Source of the DNA: Gammaproteobacteria bacterium
Lineage (GTDB): Bacteria > Pseudomonadota > Gammaproteobacteria > Eutrophobiales > Eutrophobiaceae
NCBI GenBank assembly: GCA_965116495.1
Contig: OZ220696.1
Span: 352,001 to 416,000 of the forward strand
Direction: 5' to 3'
Length of the DNA: 64,000 bases
In this document: positions 1 through 9,783 of the stretch, piece by piece
How the letters are laid out: each line of letters starts with the position of its first letter
How positions within the stretch are numbered: position 1 is the first letter of the stretch
Position numbers and translations under genes: made by a program
Notes under the pieces: model-generated
The model's database searches: none
What the model was told of the DNA's origin: nothing
Seen by the model: the letters and a program-made list of their open reading frames with translations, nothing else

Positions 1-1293
1 ATCACCCATGACTTTGACTGGTTCACGGCGAAGGCGATAGTCGGCTATCTTGAAACGGAAGTGGCAGATCTGTCCGATTCCGACGGCCAGGCGATCAACA
101 ACGTACAATACCGCGGGTTCAATGAATCCGACCAATACAGCGTGGAGTTACAATTCGCTTCAACGGGCTCAGGTCCGTTTACCTGGTTGATAGGCGCGTT
201 TTACTTCGACGAGTTTGCCGATGATCACACGCCGTTTAATTTCTTCCGTGATCCCATGGCCATATTCGGCGTTCCACCGGGAATAGGGCTTGGACCACTC
301 GGTTTGCTGTTTGCGGCGGAAGTAAATACAGAGGCCTGGGCCGGTTTCGGCGAAGTGACATTCCAGCCGGTTGACAGGATTACACTCACCGCCGGTGTGC
401 GTTACAGTACCGAGTCCAAGGACTGGCTGGGTTGTATCGGGGCATTTGCCGTATACGAGGTTGATTACAGACCCGACCTTTGCGATGGCAGCTTTGTCCC
501 GGATGACGATTCCTGGGATGCCTGGACGCCGCACTTCGTCATCGATTTTCAGTTGACCGACGACATGCTTGTCTACGCGAGCGCCACACGGGGGTTCCGT
601 AGCGGCGGCTGGAACTGGACCGCCCCTACTTTCCCCGATACGGATAACGGCTTTAATCCGGAATTCGTCTGGACTTACGAGGGCGGCATGAAGACGGATT
701 TGCTGGACCGGCGGGCGCGGTTTAACATCTCGGGCTTTTATTCCGATTTCACCAATGTACAGGTGCGCACTACGGATCCCAACGGCCTCATCACCATCCT
801 GAATGCGGCTACCGCGGATATCTATGGCGTGGAAATGGAGTTGAGCGCAACGCCTGTCGACAATTTCAATATTGCCGGTACCGTGGCCTGGCTGGATGCA
901 ACATATGCTGAGTTTATCGGCGCCGGAGGCGTCGACCTGTCAGGCAACAGGTTGAACCGGGCGCCGGAGTGGCAGCTTTCACTGATGGCGCAATATACGT
1001 TTCCCATCGGCGATTTCGGCACACTCACCCCCCGTGTTGAATGGCAATATGTCGACGAAATCTTCCATGACGAAAATAACACCCAGCCGCAGGGTTCGGA
1101 GAGTTTCGATATTATCAATGTAAAGCTGCGCTTTGAGTCCAACGATTCTAGTTGGGGTGCGGAGTTGTATGCGAAAAACGCGGACAATACCCAGTACCGC
1201 GCGCACTCGTTCCAGGGAATACTGCCCAACATCCTGCCCAGCCAGTACAGCGACCCGCGTATATTCGGCGGCAAGGTATTTTTCAATTTTTAG
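1..1293 (+). CDS. TonB-dependent receptor, C-terminal part (5' end outside window)
   Basis: Frame is open from base 1. Beta-barrel motifs (YASATRGFRSGG, LNRAPEW) and terminal Phe (GGKVFFNF). Confidence 0.93.
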   Translation: MTHDFDWFTAKAIVGYLETEVADLSDSDGQAINNVQYRGFNESDQYSVELQFASTGSGPFTWLIGAFYFDEFADDHTPFNFFRDPMAIFGVPPGIGLGPLGLLFAAEVNTEAWAGFGEVTFQPVDRITLTAGVRYSTESKDWLGCIGAFAVYEVDYRPDLCDGSFVPDDDSWDAWTPHFVIDFQLTDDMLVYASATRGFRSGGWNWTAPTFPDTDNGFNPEFVWTYEGGMKTDLLDRRARFNISGFYSDFTNVQVRTTDPNGLITILNAATADIYGVEMELSATPVDNFNIAGTVAWLDATYAEFIGAGGVDLSGNRLNRAPEWQLSLMAQYTFPIGDFGTLTPRVEWQYVDEIFHDENNTQPQGSESFDIINVKLRFESNDSSWGAELYAKNADNTQYRAHSFQGILPNILPSQYSDPRIFGGKVFFNF

Positions 1294-1322
1294 TTGTGCC
1301 TGACTTTTACCGGCGCTTAACC

Positions 1323-1355
1323 GACAGGGGACAGAATTCAATTCTGTCCCTTGTT
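1323..1355. repeat. GGGGAC(A/G)G-family palindromic hairpin (family B)
   Basis: acaggggacagaatt-c-aattctgtcccttgt inverted repeat in an intergenic gap. Confidence 0.75.
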
Positions 1356-1372
1356 ACTGTACCCTGTTAACT

Positions 1373-3409
1373 ATGGCGACCAGAATTGGCGTTGACATCG
1401 GCGGTACGTTTACCGATCTGTTGTTCTATAACGATCAGACTTCAGATATGCTGGTGGCCAAGGTGCCGACCACTCCCGCATCCCCTGAGCAGGGTTGTGT
1501 CCAGGTAGTAACTGACTCTGTTGATGGGGATCAGTTGCTGCAGACGCAGTACTTTTTGCATGGGACCACTGTCGGGCTCAACTCATTACTGGAGCGCAAG
1601 GGCGCCCGAGTAGGCTTGCTGGCGACCCGTGGGTTCCGCGATATCCTGGAAATCCGCCGCGGCGACCGGGACGAAATGTACAACCTGTTCTGGCAGTTGC
1701 CGGAACCCCTGGTCCCCAGGCGCTTGCGGTTGCCGGTTACCGGCCGCATCCGATCCGATGGCGCGGTTCACATACCTTTTGAAAAACAGGACGTACTTGA
1801 TGCGCTCGAGGTGTTCACCAGTGAGGGGGTGAACAGTATCGCGGTGGCGTTTATGAATGCTTACGCCAACCCGGACCATGAACTGGCCGCGGAGACCGCT
1901 ATCAGGGAAGCCGGATTCGATGGCGAAATTTCCCTGTCCCATCGGATATCACGGGAATACAGGGAATATGAACGCACTTCCACGACCGTGATCGATGCTT
2001 TTGTGCGCGGGCGCATGTCGAATTACCTGCGGCGGCTGGAAGCCGACCTGCGCGGCGCCGGGTTTAACGGCGCTTGTCTCATAACCCGGTCCGGCAGCGG
2101 ATCCATGACATTTACCGAAGCCGAAGACCGGCCTTTTGAGACGATTATGTCAGGGCCGGTGGCAGGCGCTGAAGGTGGCGGTGAACTGTCCAGACAACTG
2201 GACCTGGGAGATCTGATAACGGCAGACGTCGGCGGCACCAGTTTTGACACCTGCGTAATCACCCAGGGCCGGCCAACCTTGTTGTATGAGGGGAAGATAG
2301 TGGGGATGCCGTTGCAAACTCCCTGGGTGGATGTACGTTCAATCGGCGCCGGGGGAGGGTCTATCGCCCAGGTTGACGTGGGTGGACTGCTTCGGGTCGG
2401 ACCCGAAAGCGGGGGAGCCGACCCGGGTCCCGCCTGCTACGGCAAGGGGGGTGAAAACGCCTGTATGACCGATGCTGCTTTTTACCTCGGGATGCTGGGG
2501 GAAGGAAGACTGGCATCAGGAATGCAGCTTGACCTTGAGCTTGCGGAAAAGGCCTTGCAACCCCTGGCGGATAAGCTGGGATACGAACTGGATGAAACTG
2601 CCATCGGTGTCATGGATATCGCATCGGCATCCATGGCCGACGCGATACGGGAAATCACCGTGGAGCAGGGCATCGACCCGAGAAAGATGAAGCTGCTGGC
2701 TTTCGGCGGCGCCGGCCCTTTGATGAGTGCCCTGCTGGCCCGTGACCTGGACATCACGGAAATTATTATCCCTCTCCATGCCGGCAATTTCTCCGCCTGG
2801 GGTCTGTTGGGGGCCGACCTGACACGGGCCACTGCGCGTACACGCATCATGCGCCTGGATGAAGACAGCCTGGCAGATGCCAATGAAATCCTGGATGAGA
2901 TGTATTCGGACCTGGCTGCCCGTGCAGGCAGCGCCGGGGATGGGGATGAGTGGGCGCGGGAGGTTGGCCTGGATATGCGTTATAAAGGACAGGAACACAC
3001 GCTGAGTATCAATGTACCCAGCGAGAACGGGCGGGTGGCTGTCACGACCGAACAGGTGCGCGAGATCTTTACCCGTGATTATGATCGAACATTCGGCAAT
3101 ACCATGGAAGAGCCGGTAGAGATTGTGTCGATCCGCGCCACGGTGAGACATGCCCTGCCAAGAAGGTCGGAAACGCCCTCAGCGCTGAACGGCTCAGAAG
3201 AAACACACACCATCCGGGAAGCATATTCTTTTACCGAAAAGAAACGAATGGACTTCCGCATTCTTGACCGTTCATCCATGCAGGTCGGCGCTACCCTGAC
3301 AGGACCTGCTATTATTAATGAACCGACTGCGACCACTTACCTCGATGCGAACTGGGCCTGTGAAGTCCATGGTTCGGGGTGCTTATTCATTGCGCGTGTT
3401 GCCACGTAA
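1373..3409 (+). CDS. Hydantoinase/oxoprolinase subunit A (ATP-binding)
   Basis: GVDIGGTFTD, HGTTVGLN, DVGGTSFD, SIGAGGGSIA and AFGGAGP motifs. Confidence 0.93.
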   Translation: MATRIGVDIGGTFTDLLFYNDQTSDMLVAKVPTTPASPEQGCVQVVTDSVDGDQLLQTQYFLHGTTVGLNSLLERKGARVGLLATRGFRDILEIRRGDRDEMYNLFWQLPEPLVPRRLRLPVTGRIRSDGAVHIPFEKQDVLDALEVFTSEGVNSIAVAFMNAYANPDHELAAETAIREAGFDGEISLSHRISREYREYERTSTTVIDAFVRGRMSNYLRRLEADLRGAGFNGACLITRSGSGSMTFTEAEDRPFETIMSGPVAGAEGGGELSRQLDLGDLITADVGGTSFDTCVITQGRPTLLYEGKIVGMPLQTPWVDVRSIGAGGGSIAQVDVGGLLRVGPESGGADPGPACYGKGGENACMTDAAFYLGMLGEGRLASGMQLDLELAEKALQPLADKLGYELDETAIGVMDIASASMADAIREITVEQGIDPRKMKLLAFGGAGPLMSALLARDLDITEIIIPLHAGNFSAWGLLGADLTRATARTRIMRLDEDSLADANEILDEMYSDLAARAGSAGDGDEWAREVGLDMRYKGQEHTLSINVPSENGRVAVTTEQVREIFTRDYDRTFGNTMEEPVEIVSIRATVRHALPRRSETPSALNGSEETHTIREAYSFTEKKRMDFRILDRSSMQVGATLTGPAIINEPTATTYLDANWACEVHGSGCLFIARVAT

Positions 3410-3419
3410 CGGGAGCGCT

Positions 3420-3444
3420 GGGGACGGATTTCAAATCCGTCCCC
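3420..3444. repeat. Family B hairpin
   Basis: ggggacggattt-c-aaatccgtcccc perfect palindrome, flanked by the direct repeat cgtaacgggag (3405-3415, 3472-3482). Confidence 0.8.
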
Positions 3445-3488
3445 TGACAACTTTTAATCCGCGCATTGACGCGTAACGGGAGATAGTA

Positions 3489-5228
3489 ATGGATACACTA
3501 GCTGACAGCGAAATCAGAATTTATCGAGCCTTACCCGGTACGCATAGCGGCACTGATGCTGACCCGGTACAGACTGAAATAGTCCGCCATTCGCTCAACT
3601 CGGCTGCCAACCAGATGAAGCGAACCCTGATTCGCACATCATTCTCGCCGGTGATTTATGAGGTGCTGGACTTTGCCGCCGCCTTGTATGATACGAAGGT
3701 TCGCTTGCTCGCCCAGGCGCCCTCCATCCCGCTGTTCATGGGCACCCTGAATTTCTGTGTCGAAGCAGCGGTTGAAGGCTCGGGTGGTGTGGAAAATCTC
3801 GAACCCGGTGATATCATCCTCTACAACTGGCCGTTCGGTACCGGATCCCATGCCCAGGATACGGCCATGATTCAGCCGGTGTTTACCGATGACGGCACGC
3901 TGGTCGGGTATTCGGCTATCAAGGCCCATTGGCTGGATATCGGCGCCATCGCGCCTTACTGCACTGACACAACGGATGTTTTTCAGGAAGGAACGTTTTT
4001 CCCGGGCGTCAAGCTCTACAAGGGCGGAAAACTCGTTGATGATATACACCGTTTTGTGCTGGCCAATTCGCGTATGCCTGCATTCGTCGCGGGAGATATC
4101 CTTGCCCAGGCGACCGCCGTAGGCGTCGGCGCGCGCAACCTGGTACGCATTGTCGACCGTTACGGACTGGAGGTATTTCACAACACGGTCGAACGCATAT
4201 TCGACCACGGTGAGGCGACGGTACGCAGTTATTTCGAAAAGATTCCCGACGGACGCTACGTGGGACACGGCATGATGGACAACAACGGCGTCGATGATAA
4301 ACCGATCCCCTTTAATGTCGTTGTCGAGGTAAGGGGGTCATCGGTACGGGTGGACTTCACCAATTCACCGGAAGTGCAACCCGGGCCGGTAAACTGTCCC
4401 GTTGCCTCTACCGTCTCTGCCAGCCGCGTTGCCATCACCATGCTGGCGGGAGGTAACCAGGCGCCCTGCGATGGCCATTTCCGGCCTGTGGAAATCGTCA
4501 CACGGCGTAATTCCATGTTTGATCCCAACCCGCCTGCGCCCTGTTTCCTGTATGGCTGGCCTGCTATGCAGTCCATGGAGGTCATCTACCATGCCATGTC
4601 CAAGGTCAACCCGGAAACCGTGCCTGCCTGTTCAGGCGGCGACCTGTGCGCCCTGGTATGGTGGGGCACCAGGCAGGATTCCGGTGAGATGTGGGGTGAT
4701 GGTTCACCGTTCCCTGTCGGCCACGGTGGCAGCATCAGTGGGGACGGCAGTACCATGATGCACGCGGCCGAGGCGGCCACCCGGTTCGCCTCAATGGAGG
4801 TGATGGAGTCCAAGTTCCCGTGGGTGGTTGAACAGTGTCAGTTTGTACCGGACAGTTGCGGCGCCGGCAAATTTCGCGGTGGTATGGGTTACGACCTGGG
4901 TTTTGAACTGCTGGAAGAAGCTTATTGCACGCCGACCCTGGAACGGACCCGCACCAGGCCCTGGGGCCTTGCCGGCGGAGGTGAAGCGCGCGCCAACAGC
5001 GGTACTTTGCGTTATCCTGACGGCCGGGTGGAAGCATTTACGAAAGCGACTGGGATGCCTGTACCGAAAGGGGCCGTGTTGACGATCCATACAGGCGGGG
5101 GAGGTGGCTACGGGCCGCCAGAGCAGCGGGCATTGGAACAGGTCGAAGCGGATCTGAAGGAGGGTTATATCACGGAAGCCTTTGCACGGGAACACCATGC
5201 TGATGTTAAGACGAACCAGGCGATATGA
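3489..5228 (+). CDS. Hydantoinase B/oxoprolinase subunit, copy 1
   Basis: SPVIYEVLDF, HWLDIG, GAGKFRGG and TGGGGGYGPP motifs. Confidence 0.92.
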   Translation: MDTLADSEIRIYRALPGTHSGTDADPVQTEIVRHSLNSAANQMKRTLIRTSFSPVIYEVLDFAAALYDTKVRLLAQAPSIPLFMGTLNFCVEAAVEGSGGVENLEPGDIILYNWPFGTGSHAQDTAMIQPVFTDDGTLVGYSAIKAHWLDIGAIAPYCTDTTDVFQEGTFFPGVKLYKGGKLVDDIHRFVLANSRMPAFVAGDILAQATAVGVGARNLVRIVDRYGLEVFHNTVERIFDHGEATVRSYFEKIPDGRYVGHGMMDNNGVDDKPIPFNVVVEVRGSSVRVDFTNSPEVQPGPVNCPVASTVSASRVAITMLAGGNQAPCDGHFRPVEIVTRRNSMFDPNPPAPCFLYGWPAMQSMEVIYHAMSKVNPETVPACSGGDLCALVWWGTRQDSGEMWGDGSPFPVGHGGSISGDGSTMMHAAEAATRFASMEVMESKFPWVVEQCQFVPDSCGAGKFRGGMGYDLGFELLEEAYCTPTLERTRTRPWGLAGGGEARANSGTLRYPDGRVEAFTKATGMPVPKGAVLTIHTGGGGGYGPPEQRALEQVEADLKEGYITEAFAREHHADVKTNQAI

Positions 5229-5238
5229 GAGACGATAC

Positions 5239-6978
5239 ATGGATATGAACACAGTAGAGACGGTAGTGCATAAAGCGGGCTTCGGCCGTTCTGAAGGCAC
5301 CCGCGACGCCGACCCGATCACGACCGAGATCATGCGTAATTCGCTCAGCTCTGCGGCCAACCAGATGAAGAGTACCTTGTGCCGCATCGCATTCTCGCCG
5401 TTGATATACGAAACGTTGGATTTTGCCGCGGCGATATACGATGAAGACTTCTGCATGCTGGCCCAGGCGCCCTCGTTACCGCTGTTCATGGGGTCGCTTA
5501 CCTATTGTGTTAAAGAGGCCTCTGATGCGGTGGGCGGGTCTGAAAACATGCGTGAAGGGGACGTGATCATATACAACTGGCCGTTTGGCACCGGGTCCCA
5601 TGCCCAGGACGTTGTGCTGGTGGCGCCGGCGTTTCTCGGGAAAAAACTGATCGGTTACACGGCAGTCAAGGCCCATTGGCTGGATATCGCGGCCAAGGAA
5701 CCCTATTGCACCGATACGACCGACGTTTACCAGGAGGGCGTTATCTTCCCCGGCATCAAGTTGTATGACAGCGGCGAAGTGGTACGGGATGTATACAACC
5801 TGGTAATGGCCAATACGCGTATGCCCAAGATCATTTTTGGCGATATGCGAGCGCAGGCAACGGCAGTAAACATCGGCGCCCGCGAACTACAACGCGTGGT
5901 GAAACGCTTCGGCTATGAGACATTCAGAACTTCAACACAACGGATTTACGACCATGGAGAAGCGCTCGTCCGGCGTTATTTCGCCAACCTGCCTGACGGC
6001 CGTTACGTGGGGGAAGGCTGTGTGGATGATGACGGCCTGAGTGACGACAAGATACCTTACCAGGTTATCGTCGAAATAGACGGTGATACGGTACGGGTGG
6101 ATTATTCCAATGCACCACCGGCCACACGCGGTCCCATTAATTGCCCGGTCCCTTCCACCATCTCAGTTGCCCGTGTCGCGATCTCCATGCTGGCCGGCAG
6201 CGGTTATGCGCCTAATGAAGGACATTTTCGCCCCCTTGAAGTCATTACCAGGCCGGGCACGCTGTTTCATCCGCTACCACCGTCGCCGTCATTTCTCTAC
6301 GGCTGGCCCGCGCTGCAATCCATCGATGCGATCTACAACGCCATCGGCAAGGCAAAACCGGAGGCTGTACCCGCCTGTTCAGGTTGCGACATCCCGAATG
6401 TTTACTGGTGGGGCTACCGGGAAAAAACCGGTGAGCCCTGGGCCCACGGCGGCGGCATGCCCTGTGGTGGTGGCGCACATGTCCGTGGTGACGGGACAAC
6501 CATGTACCACGTATCCCTGGCGCAGTCACGCATCTCGCCCCTGGAGCTGGCCGAAACCAAGTTTCCCCTGATCTATAACAAGTTTGAATTGGCCCAGGAC
6601 AGTTGTGGGGCAGGAAAAAATCGCGGCGCCTGCGGTATAGATATCAGTTACCACGTGACGGAGGAGTGTTTCGGTACTGCTCCGATTGAAAGACAGAAGA
6701 CGCCGCCATGGGGTCTGCAGGGTGGCGCTGAAGCGAGGCCGAACAGTATGACCGTGTACCGGCCCGGTGAGGTAGCGGAAAAAATTGGCAAGGCAACCGG
6801 TCTGAAGTTTCCCAAAGGGACTATTGTTGACTTGTCTATTGCCGGTGGAGGAGGCTATGGCCCACCCTCGGAGCGAGTTGTCGAGCGCGTATATGGGGAT
6901 ATTGCCGATGGTTATATCTCAGAGGCGTATGCGCGGCAACACTATCCCCAATCAACCAGCGACGAACAGGCAGCGTAA
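5239..6978 (+). CDS. Hydantoinase B/oxoprolinase subunit, copy 2
   Basis: Paralogue of the preceding gene (YNWPFGTGSHAQD, KAHWLDI, PYCTDTTDV shared). Start moved to ATG 5239, after the stop of copy 1. Confidence 0.92.
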   Translation: MDMNTVETVVHKAGFGRSEGTRDADPITTEIMRNSLSSAANQMKSTLCRIAFSPLIYETLDFAAAIYDEDFCMLAQAPSLPLFMGSLTYCVKEASDAVGGSENMREGDVIIYNWPFGTGSHAQDVVLVAPAFLGKKLIGYTAVKAHWLDIAAKEPYCTDTTDVYQEGVIFPGIKLYDSGEVVRDVYNLVMANTRMPKIIFGDMRAQATAVNIGARELQRVVKRFGYETFRTSTQRIYDHGEALVRRYFANLPDGRYVGEGCVDDDGLSDDKIPYQVIVEIDGDTVRVDYSNAPPATRGPINCPVPSTISVARVAISMLAGSGYAPNEGHFRPLEVITRPGTLFHPLPPSPSFLYGWPALQSIDAIYNAIGKAKPEAVPACSGCDIPNVYWWGYREKTGEPWAHGGGMPCGGGAHVRGDGTTMYHVSLAQSRISPLELAETKFPLIYNKFELAQDSCGAGKNRGACGIDISYHVTEECFGTAPIERQKTPPWGLQGGAEARPNSMTVYRPGEVAEKIGKATGLKFPKGTIVDLSIAGGGGYGPPSERVVERVYGDIADGYISEAYARQHYPQSTSDEQAA

Positions 6979-7105
6979 CCCCCTGTTTTTGCTCCTTACC
7001 CCATGGGGGATTCTATAATTTAAATGTCTCTCTTAACTGTTAGACCAGTTTGTCCCAAACCTGTTACGACTTACAATACGCATTAGAGAAATCGAAGGAG
7101 CCGGT

Positions 7106-8200
7106 ATGTGTGGCCATTACCTGACGAGACTGAAATTTAAGCTTTTACAATCACTTCGGTGCCCGGCTAACGCCAACCTCATAGTCACTGCAATCCTGGT
7201 TCTGCTGGCTCAGCAAGCAGGCGCCGTTACTCCATTCAAGCTGGCCACTTATAAGAATCATGGGGATGAGCGTCCTGCAATTGTATGTGGAGATAACCTG
7301 ATCGATATTGCCGGCGCAAGTCAAAACCTGGATGAGGCGCCTGGCTCTGCACAAGCAGGTGTCCCGGAAAATATGCGCGAATTAATCGAAAACTACGAAT
7401 TACTCAAGCCCCGGTTATACGAAATTTCTGATGAATTCTGCCAGAAGCAAACAAAGGACTTGCCATTTATCTATCCGTTAACAGGGATGACACTGGCAGC
7501 GCCGATCAAGTATCCATACAACCTGTTAGCTGCCGCGGCAAATTATCTGGACCACGCAGAGGAGATGAACAGGGTTACGGATTACGATGTCAGTATCAAC
7601 CCTGAGACGGACGCTCCTTATCTGTTTGCCAAGTCAGCGCGTTCAAGCATTATCGACCCTGGAGAACCCTATTATATTCCTGCCGGACGTGACAAAATTG
7701 ACTGGGAAGGTGAGTTGGCGATTGTCATCGGAAAACCGGCAAAAAATGTCAGTATGGACCAGGTGCATGATTATGTGTTCGGGTACAGCATTATCTATGA
7801 TGTATCCGATCGTGGAAAACAGTACCGTCAGAAACCAATGTTACCAGGACCTGACTGGTTCTCGTCAAAAAGCCGGGATGGTGCAGCGCCGTTTGGCCCA
7901 TATATAGTCCCGAAAGAATTTTTACCTGATCACGATAACCTGCGCTTGATAACCCGTCTGAACGGTGAAGTGGTTCAGGATGGTAATACCGGGGATATGA
8001 TCTTTAACGAAGCGCGCTTGTTGTCGTTTGTTACCTCAATCCTTACCTTATATCCGGGTGACGTGATTGCAACAGGCACGCCTGCCGGTGTGGGCTCAGC
8101 CCGGCGTCCGCAACGCTGGGTTAAGCCCGGAGATGTGGTTGAAATTGAGATTGAAGGAATTGGTACGCTGGTAACACCAATTAAGGCGGAAAAACAGTAA
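7106..8200 (+). CDS. Fumarylacetoacetate hydrolase family protein with a signal-peptide-like N-terminus
   Basis: DWEGELAIVIGK, DVSDR and TGTPAGVG motifs. Hydrophobic LIVTAILVLLAQQAGA stretch. Exact start uncertain. Confidence 0.85.
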   Translation: MCGHYLTRLKFKLLQSLRCPANANLIVTAILVLLAQQAGAVTPFKLATYKNHGDERPAIVCGDNLIDIAGASQNLDEAPGSAQAGVPENMRELIENYELLKPRLYEISDEFCQKQTKDLPFIYPLTGMTLAAPIKYPYNLLAAAANYLDHAEEMNRVTDYDVSINPETDAPYLFAKSARSSIIDPGEPYYIPAGRDKIDWEGELAIVIGKPAKNVSMDQVHDYVFGYSIIYDVSDRGKQYRQKPMLPGPDWFSSKSRDGAAPFGPYIVPKEFLPDHDNLRLITRLNGEVVQDGNTGDMIFNEARLLSFVTSILTLYPGDVIATGTPAGVGSARRPQRWVKPGDVVEIEIEGIGTLVTPIKAEKQ

Positions 8201-8211
8201 CGTTACTCTGC

Positions 8212-9270
8212 ATGATCCATTTATGGCTGCGCGCAGAAGCCAAACCGTTTGAACGAAGGGCAGTTCTGACACCGGAAATGGCGGGGAAACTGGTTGCGTC
8301 AGGTTATGCCGTATCGGTTGAAGAATGTGATAACCGCATATTCGACACGGAGCAATACCATCAAGCGGGTTGCCGTATTGCCCCTGCCGCTTCCTGGCAG
8401 GATGCTCCGCCGGACTGTTATGTGCTTGGGTTGAAGGAATTGCCTGAGCCATTACCTTCGTTGCATCACAAGCATATCTATTTTGCCCATGCCTACAAGC
8501 AGCAAAACGGTTGGAAGGAACTATTGGGCAAGTTTACCGATGACGGCGGCCAATTGTTTGACCTGGAATATTTACTGAACGAAAACAGTCAGCGTATCGC
8601 CGCATTTGGTTACTGGGCCGGTTTCGCAGGCGCCGCGCTGGGTATCCTGAACTGGTTGAAGCAACCTGGGACGATGGGGTCAGTCCGCAGTTACCCCGAT
8701 AAAAATCAGCTGCTTGCGGAGGTGGCGAATAAGCTGAAAAAGTCCGGGAAACGTCCGCGGGTCATCATCATCGGCGCCAAGGGGCGTAGCGGCCGCGGCG
8801 CCGCGGAACTCTGTCAAAGCCTGGAGATTGAAACAACTTTATGGGACATGGAAGAAACCGCACAAGGAGGGCCGTTCGTTACAATTCTTGAATACGATAT
8901 CCTGATAAACTGCGTGCTGGTTCAATCAGACACCCGGCCGTTTATAACCAATGACCTGCTGAAAAAAAAACGCTTGCTCACCAGTGTAGTCGACGTCAGT
9001 TGCGACCCGTACAGTGTCTATAACCCGCTACCGGTTTATACTGACTGCACGACATTTTCCCGGCCGTCACTGCATCTCAGAGACGAACCCGTTTTGGACC
9101 TGATCGCCATAGACAATTTACCGTCGATGTTGCCAAAAGAAAGCAGTGAGGATTTTTCAGCGCAACTGCTGGGTGCCTTGCTGGAATTGCCGGATGGCCT
9201 GACCTGGCAGCGCGCGTTGAAACTCTTTGAAGACAAAAAGATCCAGGCCCGGTTAACGGAAGCCGGTTAG
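8212..9270 (+). CDS. Saccharopine dehydrogenase (NAD+, L-lysine-forming; LYS1-like)
   Basis: HLWLRAEAKPFERR, FAHAYKQQ, DLEYL, GAKGRSGRGA, DVSCD and IDNLPSMLPKESS motifs. Confidence 0.93.
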   Translation: MIHLWLRAEAKPFERRAVLTPEMAGKLVASGYAVSVEECDNRIFDTEQYHQAGCRIAPAASWQDAPPDCYVLGLKELPEPLPSLHHKHIYFAHAYKQQNGWKELLGKFTDDGGQLFDLEYLLNENSQRIAAFGYWAGFAGAALGILNWLKQPGTMGSVRSYPDKNQLLAEVANKLKKSGKRPRVIIIGAKGRSGRGAAELCQSLEIETTLWDMEETAQGGPFVTILEYDILINCVLVQSDTRPFITNDLLKKKRLLTSVVDVSCDPYSVYNPLPVYTDCTTFSRPSLHLRDEPVLDLIAIDNLPSMLPKESSEDFSAQLLGALLELPDGLTWQRALKLFEDKKIQARLTEAG

Positions 9271-9420
9271 AAACAGGATACAGGATATGCGTCACATTCA
9301 CTGGCTGAGAGCAAAATCATCGTTTTTTGCGTTCTATTATTTTCCTTTGCGCACCCTAACTATTTGATACTTCTATAATTATTTTGTTGACGGTTATTTT
9401 TCCTTCCTATATAGTTCCGT

Positions 9421-9783
9421 GTGTATCGTTGGATAAATCGTGGGATGCTGAATATGCTCGCGGAGACCGCGGAGCTGTCGGACGACTCAGTGCTGGTGTT
9501 GTCTGGCGCGTTTCCTGGTCGTCTGTTAAGCGATAACACACATGCGAATTCAGCTTCCGCGTTCGAGGAGACCCACACGCCGCACACCGTCATGGAGGTG
9601 CCGGTTGCGCACACTATTACGAACAAGGCAGAAGATGGATATGCCCGGAGTAACCTGTTTGAGAAACGCCGTGCGTTGATAAAGTCCTGGGCGGGAGTAT
9701 CTGGCCCGTTAGTTGCAGTTGCCTCAGCCGTCCGTACGAGCCCGCGAACCTATTTTCTGTCCCTGCGCACCGAGGCAACATAA
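9421..9783 (+). pseudogene. P4-like tyrosine integrase C-terminal remnant
   Basis: LSDNT...VAHTITNKAEDGYARSNLFEKRRALIKSWA resembles the integrase C-terminus (LAH...AY.RSDLFEKRR.LM..W). The HxxR motif and the N-terminal domains are missing. Confidence 0.75.
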
